This document shows positions 17,808 to 25,305 of a DNA stretch of 64,000 nt, one piece after another. The position numbers and the translations under genes were made by a program. Origin of the DNA: Fimbriimonadaceae bacterium (lineage in GTDB: Bacteria > Armatimonadota > Fimbriimonadia > Fimbriimonadales > Fimbriimonadaceae); contig JAHCHO010000003.1 of NCBI GenBank assembly GCA_026129685.1, positions 235,256-299,255 of the forward strand. Direction: 5' to 3'. Numbering within the stretch: the first letter of the stretch is position 1; the number at the start of each line of letters is the position of its first letter. The notes under the pieces were generated by a model that saw only the letters and a program-made list of their open reading frames with translations, did no database searches and was not told where the DNA came from.

Positions 17808-19106
17808 TCAATCCGGCGACGAACCGCCGCCTCGGAACAACTCGAGGGGTGAGCGGAAACCGGCCGCCCTCATCGACAGCCCGAAGTACACAAGGTACAT
17901 CAGCGAATAACCGGCCATGAACAGCGCCACCGATTCGAGCGGCTTCCCGATCGTCCGCCCCAAGTTCAGCGTCGTCAGGTTGACCAATAGAAGCCCCACC
18001 TGCCACATCAGGTCCCAGTGCTGCTTCTCCGCCACGTACAGCGTGCTCGCCAAGGGGCTGACGGTGAAGGCTAGGAACACGTAAGGCGTTAGCACCTGCG
18101 CCATGAGCCCCGCTTCGCGCCAAGTCGATCCGAAAACGAAAGCGAACAACGGAGCGCCGAACAAACCGACGATCAAAAAAGGCGTCAGCGAGATAAGCGT
18201 CAGACGGCGAAACGTCGACTTGAAAGCCGTGCGGCAGTGGCCGTGCGCCCGAATCTCCTCGCTTGCCCGCTGCTTGTACACGTCCGAAAACGCTTGCGAT
18301 ACGATCGAACTCGGGCTCGCCAAGATGCGTTGCGTAAACGAGTAAGACCCCGCGATCGCCGGACCGAAGAAGGCGGTCAACAAGAAAACCGGCATCTGCG
18401 AACTCAGATTGTTGACCGTGTCCGCGGGCACCGAGAAAGCCGGAAAGCGCGCGTACCGTTTGGCGAGCGCCTTCAGCCGAGCGACCGTGACGTACTTGCG
18501 CATCCCGCCGTCCTCGGCCGCCGCCTGCCACGCCATCACGCAACCCGCCGCGATGTTCCCGACCGCCGTGCCGAGGGCGAGACCGGTATCGACCTTCGCC
18601 GCCCCGAACCCCAGCATCCCCGCCACCGATACCCCGGAACGCGACATCCGAGCGCGAGCGAGACGCCCGTACTTCTTGCTCCGGTTGAACCAGTAGTTGA
18701 AGGCCTGAAACGTCCCGAGACCGAACAGCGAGAACGGCACCAGCCAGAGGACGTGCGCGAGTCGAGGGTTCCCCAACATCCGCGAGATCGGCCCCGCCAA
18801 AGGCACCAGCACCGCGAACGCCAGCACGCACACCGTGAGCGTGATCGCCAGAACCACCCCCACCAAACTCGCCCCGTCCGCGTCGTCCTCGGGCAACAGA
18901 ATCGCCAATTCGTACTTGCCCGTCGCGAGCGGCGACAGCACCATCGAGATGGCCATGAACAGCCCCAGAACGTTGAAATCTTCCCGCGAGTACTGCCGAG
19001 AGAGAATCGGCGACGCGAGAATCGGCAACAGCTGCGCCACGCCCGTCCCCGTCACCAGGGTCAGCACGTGCCGAGCGAACTGCGACTTAGGCAGAAAGCG
19101 GCGCAT
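17808..19106 (-). CDS. wzx: oligosaccharide flippase (Wzx / MOP superfamily polysaccharide biosynthesis protein)
   Basis: 432-aa polytopic membrane protein. The N-terminus 'VTGTGVAQLLPILASPILSRQYSREDFNVLGLF' is typical of Wzx-like flippases. Confidence 0.8.
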   Translation of the reverse strand: MRRFLPKSQFARHVLTLVTGTGVAQLLPILASPILSRQYSREDFNVLGLFMAISMVLSPLATGKYELAILLPEDDADGASLVGVVLAITLTVCVLAFAVLVPLAGPISRMLGNPRLAHVLWLVPFSLFGLGTFQAFNYWFNRSKKYGRLARARMSRSGVSVAGMLGFGAAKVDTGLALGTAVGNIAAGCVMAWQAAAEDGGMRKYVTVARLKALAKRYARFPAFSVPADTVNNLSSQMPVFLLTAFFGPAIAGSYSFTQRILASPSSIVSQAFSDVYKQRASEEIRAHGHCRTAFKSTFRRLTLISLTPFLIVGLFGAPLFAFVFGSTWREAGLMAQVLTPYVFLAFTVSPLASTLYVAEKQHWDLMWQVGLLLVNLTTLNLGRTIGKPLESVALFMAGYSLMYLVYFGLSMRAAGFRSPLELFRGGGSSPD

Positions 19107-19136
19107 CGTCCAAGAGCGATCGCGAGGCGACCGAGC

Positions 19137-20369
19137 CTAAGCTTGCGGCCTCCGCGTCTTGGACTGCGACCGAATCATCCGGTACCACCAAGTCGTCTCG
19201 TACGAGGGGTAGTCGTGAATCGACTTGGGCGGACGCCTCATGATCTCGTCGAACTCTTCCTCCGTGATCCCGAGTTTCTTGATCGTGAACAGCCGATCCT
19301 GCTCCTTCTTCTCCTTCGGGTAGAAGTCGTGCTCCAACTCGGCAAGAGCGTCCTCCCGGCTGAGTTGGCCGCTGACGATCAGGGCGGACAGATGCCCCCG
19401 ACGCTTGTCGAACCCGAACTTTTCGATCAGGATGTACTGCTGAAAGAAGCGGGTGTAAATCGACTCGCCGTGCTTCTGGCCGTACTCTCTCCAACCGTAG
19501 TGCTCGATCATGAAGCGCTTGGCCGCTTCCTTGTCGTAGTCCAGCCAATCGAGAAGCGGCTGGCGATAGATCTTGTTCAGGCGCGTCGTATAGACGTCGT
19601 CCCAAAACGAGTAGTGGGGAAAGGTCTTGAGCGGGACCGAGCCGAAGATGCGCTGGACGCTCTTGATGTACTTCCAGTCCTTGTGTCCCTGAGACCAAAG
19701 AAGCGGCACCATCCCCTCGCTCTGCGCGTTGACCCCCGTCAGGATGTACTTCAGTCCGAACTTCTTGGCCATCTTCACCATCAGCGCCAGAATCGCGTGG
19801 TCCGATGGAATCTCCGCGTCCGGGGTGGAGGCCTTCAGGAACGACAGCTGAAGATCGCGGAACTCCTCCCAATCGAGCACTTCCGTGTGCAGGTCGATCT
19901 TGAGGAGGTCCAGCATGTTCCGGATGTTGTGCACCGCTTCCACGGTGTTCCAACCGTTGTCCAAGTGAACGGCGAGGGGATTGAGCCCCAGTTTCTCCTT
20001 GACCGCATACGCCGTATAGCTCGAATCGACCCCTCCGCTGACGCCGATGATGCAGTCGTAATCCCTACCCTTCGCACTGGCCTTCACGCGATCGACCAGC
20101 GAAGACAGCGCGCGCTCCGCCTCCGCCCCGGCCTTGATCCTCATCGCCAGAATCTTCTTCTGTTGGTGGCAGTGGTTGCAGACGCCCTTATCGTCGAACC
20201 GAATGCCCGGATCGCTCGTGTCCATCACGCACTGCGAGCACATCTGGTAAGGACGGTCATTATAGAACGGACTGGTCCGTGGCAGCGGCCAATGGTTCTG
20301 CGCCCGAAAATGGTCGGGCGAGGCGTGCGTCTCGTGAAGGCTCGGTTCCTTGATCATTGCTTGCGTCAC
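19137..20369 (-). CDS. N-acetyl sugar amidotransferase (WbpG/PseA-like, PP-loop ATP pyrophosphatase fold)
   Basis: Zn-ribbon 'CSQCVMDTS ... CNHCH' followed by the PP-loop 'IIGVSGGVDSSY'. It is linked to HisH/HisF paralogues. Confidence 0.85.
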   Translation of the reverse strand: MTQAMIKEPSLHETHASPDHFRAQNHWPLPRTSPFYNDRPYQMCSQCVMDTSDPGIRFDDKGVCNHCHQQKKILAMRIKAGAEAERALSSLVDRVKASAKGRDYDCIIGVSGGVDSSYTAYAVKEKLGLNPLAVHLDNGWNTVEAVHNIRNMLDLLKIDLHTEVLDWEEFRDLQLSFLKASTPDAEIPSDHAILALMVKMAKKFGLKYILTGVNAQSEGMVPLLWSQGHKDWKYIKSVQRIFGSVPLKTFPHYSFWDDVYTTRLNKIYRQPLLDWLDYDKEAAKRFMIEHYGWREYGQKHGESIYTRFFQQYILIEKFGFDKRRGHLSALIVSGQLSREDALAELEHDFYPKEKKEQDRLFTIKKLGITEEEFDEIMRRPPKSIHDYPSYETTWWYRMIRSQSKTRRPQA

Positions 20370-21133
20370 TATTCGCCGAAAACGCGGCGTCGTTCGGCCA
20401 ACGGCGGAAAACTAATGAGAACGGCGCGATGCTTGCCGTGAAACACGAAGAGGCTCCCCGCCGCCACCGCCGAAGCGCCCCCCTCCTTCACCGCCCGACC
20501 CAGATCCTCCACGCTTCCCGCGCCGCCGCAGGCCACCACCGGCACCGAAACCGCGTCGCTCACCGAACGCACCAGCTGCAGGTCGTAACCGCCCATCGTT
20601 CCGTCGCGGTCGATCGAGTTGACGATGATCTCGCCCGCCCCCTTCGCCTGAAGTTCTTTGGCGAAGGATACCGGATCGCGCTTCGTGCCCTTCGTTCCCC
20701 CGTGGGTGAAGACCTCGTACTTGCCGAACAGGTTCCGCTTCACGTCGAGACACGCGACGACGCTCTGGCTCCCGAAGTCGTCCGCCGCCCGCGAAAGAAA
20801 ATCCGGGTCCTGGTGCGCGTGCGAGCAGACCACCACCTTCTCGACCCCGAGCTGCAGGAGCCGCCGCGCGTCTTCCAGGTTGTTCACCCCGCCGCCGTAA
20901 CCCAGCGGCATGAACGCCTCCGAAACGATCTCTTGGATCAGGTCGAAACGCGGCCGCGCCCCCTGCTTCGTCGCCTCGATGTCGAGCAACACCAACTCGT
21001 CCACCTCGAGGTCGTTGAACAGCTTCACCGCGTTGCGAGGGTCGCCCACGTACTTCGGCTCCTTGAACTTGACCGTCTTGACGAGGCCAAGGCCCTTGAG
21101 CAGGAGGCACGGAATGACGCGGGTCGGGATCAT
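20369..21133 (-). CDS. imidazole glycerol phosphate synthase cyclase-subunit paralogue (HisF2/WbuZ-like)
   Basis: 'RVIPCLLLKGLGLVKTVKF' and 'GAGEIIVNSIDRDGTMGGYDL ... PVVACGGAG'. Confidence 0.9.
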   Translation of the reverse strand: MIPTRVIPCLLLKGLGLVKTVKFKEPKYVGDPRNAVKLFNDLEVDELVLLDIEATKQGARPRFDLIQEIVSEAFMPLGYGGGVNNLEDARRLLQLGVEKVVVCSHAHQDPDFLSRAADDFGSQSVVACLDVKRNLFGKYEVFTHGGTKGTKRDPVSFAKELQAKGAGEIIVNSIDRDGTMGGYDLQLVRSVSDAVSVPVVACGGAGSVEDLGRAVKEGGASAVAAGSLFVFHGKHRAVLISFPPLAERRRVFGE

Positions 21134-21748
21134 CTAGTAGTTCTCGACGAAATTGCGCAGCAGCTTCAGCCCAAACCGGTGGCTCTTCTCCGGATGAAAC
21201 TGGGTCCCGACGATGTTGTCGCGGCCGACCGACGAGTGGAACTCCGTGCCGTAGGTCGTGGTCGCGTACACGTTCCTATCGTCCGCGCAACGCACATGGT
21301 ACGTGTGCACGAAGTAAAAGCGCGTGTCGTCAAAACGGTCTCGGAAGATCGGCGGTTCCCCCCGCACCGAAACCGTGTTCCACCCCATGTGCGGCAACTT
21401 CAGCGGCGTCGGACCGTCGTTGGCGAACCGCACCGAATCGGCCTCGATCCACCCGAGCCCCGGCCGAACGCCCTCCTCGCTCCCTCGGCAGAACAGCTGC
21501 ATGCCGAGGCAGATGCCCAAGATCGGAACCCCGTCCCGCAACACCCGCTCGTTCAGCGGACCGACCAAACCCCGCTCCTCGAGGTTCTGCATCGCCCGGT
21601 CGAACGCCCCCACCCCCGGCAGGATCAGCTTCTCCGCCGATCGCACGTCCGCCGGATCGGACGTGATCGTGGACTCCGCCCCGATCCGCAACAGCATGTT
21701 GCGGATCGAGCCCAGATTGCCCATTCCGTAATCGACGATCGTGACCAT
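21134..21748 (-). CDS. glutamine amidotransferase subunit paralogue (HisH2/WbuY-like)
   Basis: 'IVDYGMGNLGSIRNML', nucleophile elbow 'ILGICLGMQL', and 'GTQFHPEKS'. Confidence 0.9.
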   Translation of the reverse strand: MVTIVDYGMGNLGSIRNMLLRIGAESTITSDPADVRSAEKLILPGVGAFDRAMQNLEERGLVGPLNERVLRDGVPILGICLGMQLFCRGSEEGVRPGLGWIEADSVRFANDGPTPLKLPHMGWNTVSVRGEPPIFRDRFDDTRFYFVHTYHVRCADDRNVYATTTYGTEFHSSVGRDNIVGTQFHPEKSHRFGLKLLRNFVENY

Positions 21749-21872
21749 GGTTCGAGCCTAAAGGACTCTAACCACAATAATGACCGATCGGAATCGAACA
21801 GGTGCCGAGCAACGCCCGAAAAACCGGTGGATCGCGACCGATTTGCGGCGAGGAAGCCCCTCCCGCCTTCCG

Positions 21873-22826
21873 CTAGTTGGCGTGCGCCTCGTCGATCGCC
21901 GCCCGCAGGTTCGTCCACGGCGTGTCCCCCGGGACCGTGCACTCCGCTCCCAGCATGAATCGACGCGACCGGTTCGCCAGCCCTGCCCGCGCCGCCGCCC
22001 GCGCCTCCGCCTCCGTCCCCCGGGAGAGCGCGCCCAGCCGGTCCAGGCCTCCGAAAAACGGCCGCCCCCCCATCGCGTCGGATACCTCCTGCGGCGTCCA
22101 GCGACGGCCTCCCATGTCCAGCGCGGCGCTCACCATCTGCCCCGGATAGCCCTCAAAGAACCCCAAGTCTCGGTACTCCCCGTACTCCGAACGATGGTAG
22201 TCGCACACGTGCAGGATGCTGAAGGGGCACCGCGCCGCGAACGACCCCATCACCGCCAGATCGAACGGCTTGACGTGGGCCTCGAACGTCTCCGGCGAGG
22301 CGAACCGACCCTCCTCCGCCCCCTGGGTCGAGGCGTAGAAGCCGTCCGCCCCCGCCGCCACGCAGGCGTCCACGAAACCCATCAGGCACTCCGCCGCGAT
22401 CTCGATGCCCGCCCGCGCCGAAGTCGGCTCCTCGTCCAGGTGACGACGCAGAACGTCTCGTCCCCCCAGGTTGCCCGCGCACATGAAGGGCGAGTACAGC
22501 GTCACCACCACGAGCGCCTCCTTCCCCAGCGCCTCGACCAACGCCCGCACGACCTCCACCTGCGGCCCGAAGACCTCCTCCCCGAAGCGCGGCGCGCGCC
22601 GCCAGTCGTCTGGCGAGCGCGGGTCGAAGCGGGGGAACGGCAACTCCAACTGCACCTTGACCAAATCCATTCCCGTGAACTCGAAGAACTCCCGGTGCTT
22701 CGCCACCGCCGCCGCCCCGGCGTGGCAGTCCGGTGGAAAGTGAAGGAAGAATGCCGCCGGCGTCTCCGCTTGTTCGCCGATCGGGTCCAGAAGGCTGAGA
22801 ACGCGTTCGCGTCGGGAAAGGGCCAT
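21873..22826 (-). CDS. uroporphyrinogen decarboxylase (URO-D)-like family protein
   Basis: 317 aa with TIM-barrel-like alternation. 'LVVVTLYSPFMCAGNL' and 'FSILHVCD' resemble URO-D/MtaA-type proteins. This is a family-level call from pattern only. Confidence 0.65.
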   Translation of the reverse strand: MALSRRERVLSLLDPIGEQAETPAAFFLHFPPDCHAGAAAVAKHREFFEFTGMDLVKVQLELPFPRFDPRSPDDWRRAPRFGEEVFGPQVEVVRALVEALGKEALVVVTLYSPFMCAGNLGGRDVLRRHLDEEPTSARAGIEIAAECLMGFVDACVAAGADGFYASTQGAEEGRFASPETFEAHVKPFDLAVMGSFAARCPFSILHVCDYHRSEYGEYRDLGFFEGYPGQMVSAALDMGGRRWTPQEVSDAMGGRPFFGGLDRLGALSRGTEAEARAAARAGLANRSRRFMLGAECTVPGDTPWTNLRAAIDEAHAN

Positions 22827-23171
22827 GGCGACAGTCTACGTCCCGACCCATAGCGTCGGACCAACCGGTCCCACGCCGCCGGTCGGTCCCCGCGTCCCGG
22901 GCCCTTCCGTTCCCCTCCTCGTCTCCGGCTCCCCAGAAAGCCCACCGTCCGTTCGTTCCACAGTTGCGCGCGATTCCGTCAGTTCCGCCTCGTCGGCCCT
23001 CTCTTTGGATACCCGACGCACCCCGACGCCCGTCTACTGGCGGTTTGCGAGAAAACGCGCTAGAATGCACCCGATCCGCCCCTTGACAACCGAAAATCGG
23101 TCGTTTTGAGAATATTCTGTGGCGACCCCCCCGAAAAGCGGCGACCTAGACGGCTACCGGTGGCCTTAAAC

Positions 23172-23226
23172 GGCACGTCGAATCTGGCGACCCCCCCCGG
23201 TAACCCGGCTAATCGACGCCGTTTTT
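23172..23226 (+). terminator. stem-loop followed by a T5 tract inside the CRISPR-upstream region
   Basis: GGC(AC)GTCGA at 23172-23181 pairs with TCGACGCC at 23213-23220 and encloses an inner CCGG-TAAC-CCGG hairpin. GTTTTT follows at 23221-23226. A T5 run is conspicuous in this GC-rich DNA. Confidence 0.35.
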
Positions 23227-23352
23227 AGGGGATAGCGCCCCGGTCGCGGGTTCGAACGGGTCGTCCCGCCAAAAAGGCCCCGGGGGGTGTGCCATCGCTG
23301 TTTCTACGGACAGGTGGACAAACTCGAGCCTCGAAAACGCGATCCCAAACCC

Positions 23353-23381
23353 TTGCCAAACGAGGGTTTTCGTGCTATGAT
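23353..23381 (+). promoter_or_regulatory. sigma70-type promoter in the CRISPR leader
   Basis: TTGCCA (23353-23358), an exact 17-nt spacer, then TATGAT (23376-23381). The predicted start is about 10 nt before the first repeat (23399). Confidence 0.5.
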
Positions 23382-23398
23382 GGTCTTCGAAGGGCAGG

Positions 23399-24204
23399 GT
23401 TGCAACCCCCCCTCACCCCGCAAGGGGATTGAAACCCCAGACCGTCGCGACGGTGGTGGTCGAGGTGTCGGGTTGCAACCCCCCCTCACCCCGCAAGGGG
23501 ATTGAAACACTTCTCGGCTGATGCCGCAGAAGCCCGGGATCTCGGGTTGCAACCCCCCCTCACCCCGCAAGGGGATTGAAACTCGAAGTCGGCGCGGTTC
23601 GAGGAGTCCTTTCCGAAAAGGAGCCAGTTGCAACCCCCCCTCACCCCGCAAGGGGATTGAAACCTCCTGTTGGAACCGGCGCCACTCGCCGTAGCTCCTC
23701 AGGTTGCAACCCCCCCTCACCCCGCAAGGGGATTGAAACAGCGCGGCGCCCGGTTGATCCTGGCGGCCAGCTCGCGTTGCAACCCCCCCTCACCCCGCAA
23801 GGGGATTGAAACCCAATACAGTTTCTCGCTGTGATTACTACCCGACTACTTGCCTAGTTGCAACCCCCCCTCACCCCGCAAGGGGATTGAAACGAGTTCG
23901 CGCTGGCATCGAAGGCGACGGTCGAGCGCACGGCCCGGGTTGCAACCCCCCCTCACCCCGCAAGGGGATTGAAACGTAGTAGAGGCGGTACCAATGACCG
24001 CCTACGTACCGCAAGTTGCAACCCCCCCTCACCCCGCAAGGGGATTGAAACCATCTCTTCCGGTTCGCGCATTTCTCCCTGCGCGACGGGTTGCAACCCC
24101 CCCTCACCCCGCAAGGGGATTGAAACCTCCCGACTCGGCCCTCGCCGCAGACGACCCCCCACAACCCGTTGCACCCCCCCCTCACCCCGCAAGGCGGAGG
24201 GAGC
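23399..24204 (+). CRISPR. CRISPR array: 10 identical 37-nt repeats plus a degenerate terminal repeat, 10 spacers
   Basis: GTTGCAACCCCCCCTCACCCCGCAAGGGGATTGAAAC occurs identically at 23399, 23472, 23546, 23627, 23703, 23776, 23857, 23939, 24015 and 24090. A degenerate copy sits at 24168 (A7 to C, 3' third diverged). The spacers are 36, 37, 44, 39, 36, 44, 45, 39, 38 and 41 nt, and all are different. The degenerate repeat at the right end and the promoter at the left end set the orientation as +. Confidence 0.96.
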
Positions 24205-24240
24205 GCCGGGAACCCGAACGGCCCCGGCGCCCCCTCCGCC
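24193..24240 (+). terminator. long GC hairpin abutting the last (degenerate) repeat; candidate array terminator
   Basis: GGCGGAGGGAGCGCCGGG (24193-24210) pairs with CCCGGCGCCCCCTCCGCC (24223-24240). That is 18 bp with one A-C mismatch and a 12-nt loop. There is no clear U-tract. Confidence 0.4.
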
Positions 24241-24690
24241 ATGGGTGTTGGGTCGGACGACCGATGGATCGGTGACTCGAACGCGCCCGCTCTCCGGTTG
24301 CGGCCGTTCGCGTCGCCCAAGGCACCGGGAGTCGGCTTCGGTGTGGGTAACCCGGCGCAACTTGGCGTCCGGCCGGTCGCACCCCGGTCCCCGGTTGACC
24401 CTTACCCCCCGACCGCGCCAACCGGGACATGGCGCGCCCGATATCGCCTTCCGAGACCGGAGGAGCGCACCGAAAGTCGCGCGCGGGGCCGAATGATCCT
24501 TCGATGATCTTCCGGCGTTTTGGACCGGACCCGGGCCGACCTCAGGTTCAGAGTTTTCGTCACGGTTCCGGCGCGTTTCCGTCACGCCCCGTGATCGTCG
24601 GCCGCGACATCGTCTTCGTGCTCGAACCCCGGGCCGCGCGAGGCGCGTCTTCCCCGCGCCTCGGTATCCTCTCCAGGCAACCTCCGACCC

Positions 24691-25305
24691 ATGTCCTCGG
24701 TGACGCCACCCCCCCGCGAAGCGTCCGATAACTCGATGACCGTTGCGGTCGCCGAACCTCATCGCATGCACTACGACGACGACCTCGCCCTCGTCGAGCG
24801 ATATCTGGCGGGCGACGAAACCGCCTTCGGCACCCTCTACGGCAAGTACTACGAGCGCGTCTACGCCATCGCCAAGGGCGTCCTCCTCGACCGTGAGGAC
24901 GCCGCCGACGCCGCCCAGGAGATCTTCACCCTCGTCGTCCGGCACCTCCACCGCTTCGACCGCCGCTCCCGCTTCAGCACCTGGCTCTTCCGCATCGCCG
25001 TCAACCGCAGCATCCAGTACGGACGCAAGACCAAGCACAAGGCCAGGAACGTCGAGCTGAACGAGGCGATGGCGGTCGCCGAAGAGCAGAAGATCGAGAT
25101 CGCCGACCCCCTCATCCAGGCCGCCCTCGCCAAGCTCAAACCCAACGACCGCGCCCTGATCACCCTCTTCTACTGGGAGGAACTCAGCCTCCAGGAAATC
25201 GCCGAAAGCCTCGGCTGCAACGTGAACGCCGCCAAGACCCGCCTCTACCGCGCCCGCGAGCGGTTCCGCGAAGTCTACGAGGAGCTGGGGGTCGATGAAC
25301 CCTAA
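24691..25305 (+). CDS. RNA polymerase ECF-type sigma factor (start may be an internal Met)
   Basis: 'LVERYLAGDETAFGTLYGKYYERVYAIAKGVL', 'FSTWLFRIAVNRSIQY' and 'LITLFYWEELSLQEIAESLGCNVNAAKTRLYRARERF'. Confidence 0.9.
   Translation: MSSVTPPPREASDNSMTVAVAEPHRMHYDDDLALVERYLAGDETAFGTLYGKYYERVYAIAKGVLLDREDAADAAQEIFTLVVRHLHRFDRRSRFSTWLFRIAVNRSIQYGRKTKHKARNVELNEAMAVAEEQKIEIADPLIQAALAKLKPNDRALITLFYWEELSLQEIAESLGCNVNAAKTRLYRARERFREVYEELGVDEP

Noticed and set aside
23236-23262. tRNA T-arm-like string GGTCGCGGGTTCGAACGGGTCGTCCCGCC in the CRISPR-upstream region
   Set aside because: The stem GCGGG/CCCGC is interrupted by about 7 extra nt, and no acceptor, D or anticodon arms can be folded around it. At most it is a decayed tRNA 3' fragment.
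24429-24731. 100-aa ORF in the gap between the array and the ECF sigma gene
   Set aside because: It is Arg/Pro/Gly-rich with no RBS and runs into the sigma start in another frame. The roughly 450-nt gap after the terminal hairpin (about 24241-24690) is treated as non-coding and may hold the sigma promoter.
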